Source: Bacteroidales bacterium (GTDB lineage: Bacteria > Bacteroidota > Bacteroidia > Bacteroidales > JAIOZK01). From it: a stretch of DNA of 64,000 bases. The position numbers and the translations under genes were made by a program. The stretch is taken from contig JAIOZK010000011.1 of assembly GCA_021740625.1 (NCBI GenBank), forward strand, positions 37,964 through 101,963, read 5' to 3'. Positions 56,620 through 64,000 of this stretch are shown in pieces (position 1 is the stretch's first letter; the number at the start of each line of letters is the position of its first letter). The notes beneath the pieces were generated by a model. The model saw only the letters and a program-made list of their open reading frames with translations, searched no databases and was not told the origin of the DNA.

Positions 56620-58413
56620 ATGAAATACATTGCAAGTCTTATCATTGCTTTGATTTTTACTTTGCAGCTTTTCTCGCAGGATCTCCTGAATGAAGATTTC
56701 TCCGGCGAAACATTTCCTCCAAACGGATGGCTGATTGATGGACATCAGGAAAACTGGATCAGATCTTTTCGAAATCTTGCCGGCAAAGATTCCCCCGAGG
56801 CTCAATTGTATTTCCAGCCCATCTTTAATGATACCACATGCCTGGTCACACCTGCATTAAACACGAGTAGGAACAAAGATATCAGGATTGAGTTCAGGCA
56901 TTCAATTGAACATCACAATACATCCTACAGAATCGGACTGGCACTGTTGCAAAATAATGAATGGCAGGAATTGTGGGAGTTGCAGCCCGACACTGCAATA
57001 TCAGATACATGGATTACTCACCTGATCCCACAGGAGGAAATCAATGGTGATTTTCAAATTTGCTGGTATTTTGCTGGTTTTTCATATGATATGTTTTCCT
57101 GGTTTGTTGATGATATCAGAATTTACCATCCATGGGATCGCGATATTTCAGCAATAAAGATCCAGGCTCAGAAAGAGCAATTCGCAACCGGAGAGAATGT
57201 GCAGTTAATTGGATCAATATACAATGCAGGCAGTTTGGATCAAGAAAGCTGCACATATATCATAAACATTTTTAAAGGTGATGAAACAGTTTTCAGTCAT
57301 ACGGATAATCAGAGTATTCCATCGGATTCTGCATACAATATCGATCTCCTTACGATTGCTCCCACAGAAGAAAATGAGATTTATGATATTCGCTTGATCG
57401 CTTCGGCGGATAACGATCAATATCCTCTAAATGATACGTTTTCTTCCAGTTTAAACACATATGCCCAGCCCCGTCAGCAGGTATTGCTGGAAGAAGCGAC
57501 GGGTACCTGGTGTGGGGCCTGTCCAGGTGCAGCCTTGGGTATAGATGAACTGCTGGAAAACGATAAACAGGCCGCCCCCATTGCGTATCATATTCTGGAT
57601 GATTATGAAAATAATGCCGGTCTTCACCGGCTGGCTTATTATTTCATCCCGGCCTATCCTACTGTATATTTCGATGGACTGATACATTATACGGGTGGAC
57701 ATCAGTTCTTAAGCATGTATGATGTGTATCTTCCAATCTATGAAGAAAGAATTAATATCAAGGCTCCCGGTGAACTTTCCATATTCGGCAGTCATATAAA
57801 TATACATTATGAGATCACTGTTGAAGTGAATCTGCAGGCTCAAATAAGATCAGATCATCTGCATCTTTTCCTGGTTTTAACAGAATCGCACATACCTGAA
57901 ATATGGGGTGGGGGAGGAATGGAAGAAGTGAACCATGTCGAAAGATTGATACTGCCCGATCAATTTGGGCAGGAGATACACAACGATCCGGGAAAATATG
58001 TATATAATTTTGCTTTTGACATGGAGGAAAGCTGGCTTGTGGAGAATTCAGCACTGGTTGCATTTATTCAGGACACCCTTACATACGAAATATTTCAGGC
58101 TCAAAAAATCAAGCTGCTGGATTTGATCCCTGCAGAAAACCTTGAACGTTCAGCCGGGGAAAATATTAGGCTTTTCCCAAATCCGTGCAGTAATCATTTA
58201 AGGATTGTCCTGCCAGAAACAATTGATAAATGGGAGATCCAGGTATTGAACAGGAATGGTAGAATCATAAAAATATGGACCGGGATCGAAGAAGGTCATA
58301 TCATCTGGGATTTAAGATCAAGTAATGGAAAAAAAGTACAACCCGGTATGTACATTGTTATGATAAAAGGAAAGCAAGAAAAGATCGTCAGGAAGTTTAT
58401 TTCAGTCCGTTAA
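56620..58413 (+). CDS. T9SS-secreted Omp28-related protein with a CxxC motif
   Basis: A signal peptide starts at MKYIASLIIALIFTLQLFSQ. The motif EEATGTWCGACPG is Omp28-related/thioredoxin-like. The C-terminus is a T9SS tail (RLFPNPCSNHLRI...GMYIVMI). The ORF track start at 56545 is probably too early. Confidence 0.7.
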   Translation: MKYIASLIIALIFTLQLFSQDLLNEDFSGETFPPNGWLIDGHQENWIRSFRNLAGKDSPEAQLYFQPIFNDTTCLVTPALNTSRNKDIRIEFRHSIEHHNTSYRIGLALLQNNEWQELWELQPDTAISDTWITHLIPQEEINGDFQICWYFAGFSYDMFSWFVDDIRIYHPWDRDISAIKIQAQKEQFATGENVQLIGSIYNAGSLDQESCTYIINIFKGDETVFSHTDNQSIPSDSAYNIDLLTIAPTEENEIYDIRLIASADNDQYPLNDTFSSSLNTYAQPRQQVLLEEATGTWCGACPGAALGIDELLENDKQAAPIAYHILDDYENNAGLHRLAYYFIPAYPTVYFDGLIHYTGGHQFLSMYDVYLPIYEERINIKAPGELSIFGSHINIHYEITVEVNLQAQIRSDHLHLFLVLTESHIPEIWGGGGMEEVNHVERLILPDQFGQEIHNDPGKYVYNFAFDMEESWLVENSALVAFIQDTLTYEIFQAQKIKLLDLIPAENLERSAGENIRLFPNPCSNHLRIVLPETIDKWEIQVLNRNGRIIKIWTGIEEGHIIWDLRSSNGKKVQPGMYIVMIKGKQEKIVRKFISVR

Positions 58414-58416
58414 TAT

Positions 58417-59133
58417 TTATTGTATCTCCTTGGCCTTTAAGGCTCCGGAGATAGCATTAAAAATTTCGTACGACTTCATGCTCATGGTATTGAATGCAAG
58501 ATCGAATGCATCATTGCTACACTCAACATCGGTAAATTTTTCGATCAGATGATTGCGGATTTTGTCTGTACGTTCTACAAATGCTTTGGCTTCTTTATGC
58601 GAAAGCTCCAGTTTTTTCGCAATCTGATCAATACGCCATTCTTTAGGAGCATAAAGCTTTATATGAAGTGATTTTTTAATATGCCGGGTCAGGCCAACCC
58701 CCCCTCTTCCCAGGATGATTACACGTCCCTGTGCAGCAAATCTTTTCACGATCTCTCTAACTGCTTTTGTAACTTGCCGGTCGTTAATATAGTAACGGGC
58801 AGATAAGGACTCAACAATCTCATCCATCAGTTTGCGTGGTTCTCCCCTGAAAAGCTTATACACCTTCTTTGGATGTACTTCGAGTTCATTGGCTGTTTCA
58901 TATATGATCTCTTTGTTCACCCATTGCCATTTTTGAGGATGCTTGCTGTCGAAATTCAGATTGTTGAGAAAATTACAAAGGTCTTTCACAAAAGGATTCC
59001 CGGAACATCCTGTTTCCCTGGATACCGTGATAACAGGACCATCATCTTTCCGTGGCAGGTCGGGGATCAGACTGGCATTTTCAGCTTTACTCCTGAAACG
59101 GTAATTCATGTATTTGAATAGAACGTCTTCCAT
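58417..59133 (-). CDS. Cytidylate kinase-like family protein
   Basis: It has a P-loop-like VITVSRETGCSG and the motif VIILGRGG, and its size fits the family. Confidence 0.6.
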   Translation of the reverse strand: MEDVLFKYMNYRFRSKAENASLIPDLPRKDDGPVITVSRETGCSGNPFVKDLCNFLNNLNFDSKHPQKWQWVNKEIIYETANELEVHPKKVYKLFRGEPRKLMDEIVESLSARYYINDRQVTKAVREIVKRFAAQGRVIILGRGGVGLTRHIKKSLHIKLYAPKEWRIDQIAKKLELSHKEAKAFVERTDKIRNHLIEKFTDVECSNDAFDLAFNTMSMKSYEIFNAISGALKAKEIQ

Positions 59134-59514
59134 CTTGTCATTGCTGCTTACTTACAAATATACGAAATCAGCAATGCTTTATCAAGCAAAACTATAGCGA
59201 AAATGAGAAAACAGGGCCGTACACAATCACTTTACCCGTTTTTGTGCACGCACCCTGCCAATCACTCCGCAATAGGCATTATACCTATTCTACAAGTGAA
59301 AATCCGGAATCCAATTATGAGTTTTCGCTTCCTTATAGCCTGATTATTAGAATTGAATAGTGAAAATACGAGATCAGGTAGTTTAATTGATATTAGCAAA
59401 TATAATAAATAATATAATGAAATCCAATTAATTGGGAAAGATAAAATGCTTACAGTCTTTATGATTCAATATCACATGCAGGTAAACCGAAATTATTCCA
59501 TTAATTTTGGAGTT

Positions 59515-61173
59515 ATGATAAGGAGTTATTTACAACTAAATAAAAATTTATGGATTGTAACAGTAACAATCCTGTTCATGTTGTTTTCCTGTGCCGGACC
59601 AAGTAATCATGCAGGGAAAACCGTTTTCAAATACAACGAAGCTGCCGGCATCAGCAGCCTGGATCCTGCTTATGCAAAGAACCTGGCCAATATCTGGGCT
59701 TGCAACCAATTGTATTCGGGCCTGGTAAAGCTTGATGATCAGTTGCTTGTTAAGCCGGCCATTGCTAAAAACTGGAAGATATCCGATGATGGAATAACAT
59801 ATACTTTCACATTGCGTAAGGATGTTTTTTTCCATGATCATCTCATGTTTGAAGAAGGGAAGGGCAGGAGGGTGGTGGCCGGTGATTTTGTGTACAGTTT
59901 CAATCGTATCATTGATGCGGAAACGGCATCTCCCGGGGCATGGGTATTCAATTATGTAAAAATGGAAAATGGGCGTGCTTCGTTTAAGGCTCCCAATGAT
60001 ACAAGCTTCATCATCAAACTTTCAAGGGCTTTTCCACCCTTTCTCGGGATCCTTGGAATGCAATACTGCTCGGTTGTCCCGGAAGAGATCGTTAAACATT
60101 ACGGAAAAGATTTTAGGGAAAATCCTGTTGGTACAGGCCCTTTTCAGTATCAGTACTGGAAAGAAGGGATTAAGCTGGTTTTTATAAAAAACAAAAACTT
60201 TTATGAAAAAGATGCAAATGGAAACACATTGCCTTACCTGGATGCTGTCGCCATAACATTCCTAAAGGACAAACAATCGGCTTTCCTGGAATTCATCAAA
60301 GGAAACCTGGATTTTATGTCTGGCATTGATCCAAATTATAAAGATGAATTGTTGACCAGAGAGGGCCAATTGAATCCCAAATACAAGGAAAAGATATATC
60401 TTGAAAGAGAGCCTTACCTGAACACAGAGTATCTCGGTATCCTGGTCGACAGTAGCATGGAGTCAGTCGCAAGCAGTCCTCTAAGGCTGAAAAAGATCCG
60501 GCAAGCCGTTAATTACGGTTTCAGCCGCAGGGACATGATCAGGTACCTCCGCAACGGGATTGGCACACCGGGCGTTTATGGGATGATCCCACCTGGCTTG
60601 CCTTCCTTCGATTCGAGCCGGTCCTTCGCTTACGAATACAACCCTGAACAGGCGAGGAAACTGCTGATAGAGGCCGGATTTCCGAACGGAGAGGGACTTC
60701 CCGATATCACACTGCTCACAACAAGCGAGTATCTTGATCTCTGCAAATACATACAGCATCAGCTATCTGTGCTGGGTATCGATCTCAAAATTGATGTGAA
60801 TACCCCCGGTGCATTGCGTGAACTGAAAGCCCAGTCAAAATCAAATTTTTTCAGGGCTTCCTGGATTGCCGACTACCCGGATGCTGAAAATTATTTATCG
60901 CTTTTTTACAGTGAAAATTTTTCGCCAAACGGTCCCAACTACACCCATTATGCAAACAACACCTTTGATGAAATGTACATCCAATCGCAATCTATTGTTA
61001 AAGATTCCCTTCGTTATCAATATTATCGTGAAATGGACAGCATGGTCATGAAAGACGCCCCGGTTGTAATCCTTTACTATGATGAAGTTTTGCGATTCAT
61101 CAACAATCGGATCAGTGGGCTGGGGAGCAATCCCGTTAACCTGCTCGATCTGAGCCGGGTTCGAAAAGAGTGA
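59515..61173 (+). CDS. ABC-transporter substrate-binding lipoprotein (family 5, peptide/nickel type)
   Basis: A lipoprotein signal (ILFMLFSCAG) starts at the Met at 59515. SBP_bac_5-like motifs are present (GTGPFQY, W.ADYPDAENYL). Confidence 0.8.
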   Translation: MIRSYLQLNKNLWIVTVTILFMLFSCAGPSNHAGKTVFKYNEAAGISSLDPAYAKNLANIWACNQLYSGLVKLDDQLLVKPAIAKNWKISDDGITYTFTLRKDVFFHDHLMFEEGKGRRVVAGDFVYSFNRIIDAETASPGAWVFNYVKMENGRASFKAPNDTSFIIKLSRAFPPFLGILGMQYCSVVPEEIVKHYGKDFRENPVGTGPFQYQYWKEGIKLVFIKNKNFYEKDANGNTLPYLDAVAITFLKDKQSAFLEFIKGNLDFMSGIDPNYKDELLTREGQLNPKYKEKIYLEREPYLNTEYLGILVDSSMESVASSPLRLKKIRQAVNYGFSRRDMIRYLRNGIGTPGVYGMIPPGLPSFDSSRSFAYEYNPEQARKLLIEAGFPNGEGLPDITLLTTSEYLDLCKYIQHQLSVLGIDLKIDVNTPGALRELKAQSKSNFFRASWIADYPDAENYLSLFYSENFSPNGPNYTHYANNTFDEMYIQSQSIVKDSLRYQYYREMDSMVMKDAPVVILYYDEVLRFINNRISGLGSNPVNLLDLSRVRKE

Positions 61174-61331
61174 GGCAGCCACGAATGCACGAATAGCATT
61201 ATTCGGAATGACACGAATGACAATACTTTCGTCAAGGTAGAAAGTATTCATAAAAATGACCAAACAACAAAGGACCAATAAACAAATACACCAATATACC
61301 AACACACCAATCCTCATGCGTGTATTTGTGG
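61174..61331 (-). repeat. Non-coding 'doubled-word' intergenic element (copy A), filling the whole convergent gap
   Basis: GCCACGAATGCACGAATAG (61178-61196) is the reverse complement of 27015-27033. AAAAATGACCAA (61252-61263) is the reverse complement of 26951-26962, at nearly the same spacing (55 vs 52 nt). An internal 9-bp hairpin pairs AATACTTTC with GAAAGTATT. The tail is ccaa-rich (ccaataaacaaatacaccaatataccaacacaccaatcc). Confidence 0.75.
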
Positions 61332-62804
61332 CTATTTTTCCCCGATAAACTGCCTGTAATATTCATACCGCTCCAAAATCTCCTTCACATAATCATATGG
61401 CTCGGTTCCCCTGCAGTATCCGTATTTCACCACTTCGTCATTATAGTAATCCGGGTCGGCTTTTTTCAGAATATATTCATCCACACTGCCCGTCCACTTT
61501 TCAGGATCATCGCCATATTTTTCGGCAAGACGCTGGGCATCTTTTACATGATTCGGACCTGCATTGTAAGATGCCAGAATAAATTTCAACTGTTCCTGTT
61601 CATCATCAATTTCCTCGTAATAAGATTTCAGGTCTTCGATATACCGGCTACCGCAGCGGATGTTTTGTTCGGGATCCGTGTAGTCTTTGATACCACAAGC
61701 CTCCACGTGAAAAGGCATGATCTGCATCAATCCCAGTGCACCGGCCCAGGATTCTGTTGCAGGATCCCATTTCGATTCCTGGTAAATGAGAGAAGCCAAC
61801 AACCGCCAGTCCCAGCCGATTTCTTTGGCATATTGCTTTATGATGGGATCAAATTCCGAAATCCGGTTTCCCTTCCTGGAAAAGAATTCGCTTTTTACCC
61901 TTGATTTGTAAGCTTTCCTGTTTTTGAAGTATTTATTGTAGATCACATAATAGTCTGTCTTTTTACGCATCCTGCCGATCCATGTATTCACAGCTTTGAG
62001 CAATTCCGGCGATGATTGCCTGACAGCCCATGCAACCCGCTGGTTAAAACTTACCGCAGTTTCTATATCAAGATTAGCATAATAGGTTTTGTTGATGCGG
62101 GCAATGTTTTCATCGGATATCGTATACCTGATCTTTCCTTCTGCTACCTGCTTGATCAAATCTTCCGTTTCCATACTCCCCGGTACGGTTTCAATATCAA
62201 TTTCACCGCCAATCTCATCCGACAGGTTCAACAGGCGCTGGTAATAACTGGAGTTTTCGCGCACATGTACTTTCTTGCCGATGAGATCGAGCGGATCCCG
62301 GATCAGCATTTCCTCAATCTCATGCAGTTTCATTTGCCGCCAGTTCTTAGGTTTTCGTTGTACCAATACCTGGTGGGTCTTGGTATGATACTTTGTAAAA
62401 CTGACATCTTCAAGCCTGTCTTTGGTTATTGTGATCCCGTATGAAATGATATCACCTTCACCTTTGTACAGCATTTCGAACAGTTTGTTCATGTTTTCCG
62501 CAATCACGATTTCGAGTTCCAGTCCCAGATGATCTGCCAGCCGCTTGATCAGTTCATATTCATATCCCAAAGGTTTGCCACGGTATATGAAAAAGCTTGT
62601 GGAACTATAAATAGTGATGGCCCTTAAGACACCCCTTTCCTTAATCTGTTTTAGATCAATATTAACTTCCTCAATCAGTTTATCAGGGGTGATTTTTTCG
62701 GAAGCCTCTTGTTGAAGATCTTTTCCTTGCTTTTTATCCGATCCTTGATTACAGGAAATGATTATAAAAATAACTCCCAGGATTATTGTTATACGTTTGA
62801 GCAT
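61332..62804 (-). CDS. mltF: Membrane-bound lytic murein transglycosylase F-like protein (SBP_bac_3 plus SLT domains)
   Basis: It has a lipoprotein signal (IIISC) and an N-terminal solute-binding-like domain. The C-terminal SLT domain carries the catalytic region (YQESKWDP...GALGLMQIMP). Confidence 0.85.
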   Translation of the reverse strand: MLKRITIILGVIFIIISCNQGSDKKQGKDLQQEASEKITPDKLIEEVNIDLKQIKERGVLRAITIYSSTSFFIYRGKPLGYEYELIKRLADHLGLELEIVIAENMNKLFEMLYKGEGDIISYGITITKDRLEDVSFTKYHTKTHQVLVQRKPKNWRQMKLHEIEEMLIRDPLDLIGKKVHVRENSSYYQRLLNLSDEIGGEIDIETVPGSMETEDLIKQVAEGKIRYTISDENIARINKTYYANLDIETAVSFNQRVAWAVRQSSPELLKAVNTWIGRMRKKTDYYVIYNKYFKNRKAYKSRVKSEFFSRKGNRISEFDPIIKQYAKEIGWDWRLLASLIYQESKWDPATESWAGALGLMQIMPFHVEACGIKDYTDPEQNIRCGSRYIEDLKSYYEEIDDEQEQLKFILASYNAGPNHVKDAQRLAEKYGDDPEKWTGSVDEYILKKADPDYYNDEVVKYGYCRGTEPYDYVKEILERYEYYRQFIGEK

Positions 62805-63120
62805 ATTGATACAATTTGTTAAAACTTTTCAAATTAGCAACTTTCGGGCGAATGCCCAAATTTTATATTGGAATTAACAGAATCATGTTTAATATAAAAC
62901 ACTCGCAGGCTTCGCATGTTGATGTGCAGTTCATCAAGAGGAAAAATATTTTACTTTTGCTTGTGGATAACAACGGAAACTGATTTAAGTATGAAAAGAT
63001 CAGCGAAAAAGGAATCGGATTATTAAACATAGTCAGCCTGGTGGCCATTCTGAAGGGCGAAATGAATTGCCAGCAGGGAGAAAATGGTGGAACCCGGATG
63101 AATGTAAGAATACCAATAAC

Positions 63121-63774
63121 ATGAGTGCTCACAAAATCGTACTCGCCGACGATCATAAGATTGTAATCGACGGCCTGAGATCTTTGCTTGAAGATGACGA
63201 AAGATTCAGGATCATTGGCGAGGCATCCAATGGAAAAGAATTACTTGACCTGATTAAGCTGACAGAGGTAGATACTGCCATTGTGGATATTGACATGCCT
63301 GTTTTGAATGGTATTGAAGCCACCCGCATCATTAAGCAGGATTTTCCGGATGTCAGAATTATCATTTTAAGCATGCATCATGAAAAAAGCCTGATCAAAA
63401 AATTCATAGAAATGGGGGTTGACGGATACCTGCTGAAAAACTCAAGCCGGGAAGCACTCATCGATTGCATTGAAAAAGTCATGAAGGGGCAAAAGTATTT
63501 CGACAGTGATGTGACACTTTCCATTCTTGGAAAGAACCCACAAAGTGCAAAAGGTACATTTGCGCAAAGCGATACAAGGGTCGAACTCACCGAGCGCGAA
63601 GTAGAAATCATGAAGCTTATTGCAGAAGGTATGTCCAACAAGGAGATCGGAAAGCAATTGCACATCAGCGACCGCACCGTTGATACCCACCGGACCAACC
63701 TGATGCGCAAACTTTCTGTCAACAATGTTGCAGGCATCATCCGGTATGCCATGAAACATGGTTATGTTGAGTAA
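63121..63774 (+). CDS. NarL/LuxR-family response regulator
   Basis: It has a receiver domain (VLADDHKIV...DIDMPVLNG) and a C-terminal LuxR HTH (LTEREVEIMKLIAEGMSNKEIGKQLHISDRTVDTHR). The Met at 63121 fits the receiver N-terminus, while the ORF track start at 63067 does not. Confidence 0.92.
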   Translation: MSAHKIVLADDHKIVIDGLRSLLEDDERFRIIGEASNGKELLDLIKLTEVDTAIVDIDMPVLNGIEATRIIKQDFPDVRIIILSMHHEKSLIKKFIEMGVDGYLLKNSSREALIDCIEKVMKGQKYFDSDVTLSILGKNPQSAKGTFAQSDTRVELTEREVEIMKLIAEGMSNKEIGKQLHISDRTVDTHRTNLMRKLSVNNVAGIIRYAMKHGYVE

Positions 63775-63918
63775 ACATTTTTTTTTCAGGGACTTAACCA
63801 ATCCATAATCAATTTTTCAACTTCATCAAAATAAGGGATTCCCCGTAGGCATTTTAAGGTCTTTCACGGAGTTTCTTCGCCTGGTTACCGCTTTATTTTT
63901 GCTGTATCATGTTCAAAC

Positions 63919-63987
63919 TTCAAAGCGAAATAAACATTCACAGAGCCGACTTCCTGAATTAACCTGAATTTTTCGCTTTGAATTTTT
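63919..63987 (+). terminator. Long-loop hairpin plus T5 downstream of the LuxR-type regulator
   Basis: A perfect 12-bp stem pairs TTCAAAGCGAAA (63919-63930) with TTTCGCTTTGAA (63971-63982). The 40-nt loop contains the doubled word cctgaattaacctgaatt. TTTTT follows. Confidence 0.45.
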
Positions 63988-64000
63988 GGACTTATCAGGA

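Noticed and set aside
61320-61904. Listed 194-aa plus-strand ORF
   Set aside because: It lies entirely antisense to the well-supported MltF gene. Its hydrophobic, low-complexity translation is typical of antisense frames.
1-64000. Prophage, IS element, integron or defence island
   Set aside because: No integrase, transposase, recombinase, restriction-modification, Cas or other recognisable defence gene appears in any frame. The only mobile-type trace is the degraded yefM-yoeB pair.

Overview
This is a 64-kb chromosomal segment, and I infer it comes from a Bacteroidota genome. Several secreted proteins end in type IX secretion (T9SS) C-terminal sorting domains. TAnnTTTG -7 boxes sit upstream of start codons, Shine-Dalgarno signals are absent, and a fused E1 alpha/beta 2-oxoacid dehydrogenase is present. 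GC content looks like roughly 40% by eye. About 55 protein genes are tightly packed, and most are housekeeping or envelope functions:
- a RelA/SpoT fragment, dnaB and lon
- serC-serA-DUF1015 and rpmE2 (ribosomal protein L31 type B)
- mnmD and an LpxR-like lipid A deacylase
- MATE and MFS efflux transporters, and a PadR-PspC pair
- an S9 peptidase and MltF
- several two-component systems

I found no rRNA, tRNA, CRISPR array, transposase or integrase. The parts worth a second look are:
1. A 107-bp hairpin-forming tandem array (about 6.4 copies) lies directly 3' of the S9 peptidase gene, with a solo partial copy 1.3 kb away.
2. A dispersed family of non-coding 'doubled-word' intergenic elements abuts gene 3' ends. 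Two copies share an exact 19-mer and an exact 12-mer at conserved spacing.
3. A decaying islet at about 39.5-43.2 kb holds an A11-frameshifted methyltransferase, a truncated yefM-yoeB toxin-antitoxin remnant and a truncated T9SS-tail ORF.
4. A sensory operon encodes a periplasmic binding protein fused through a TM helix to a GcvH-like domain, a histidine kinase with CXXCH and CX4CH motifs in its periplasmic loop, a sigma-54 response regulator and an archaemetzincin.
5. An orphan plus-strand promoter and terminator pair in a 600-bp gap suggests an unannotated structured sRNA.
6. A 1144-aa secreted protein carries a clear PNGase F-like domain.

All calls come from reading the sequence and the ORF translations. 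No database search was run.
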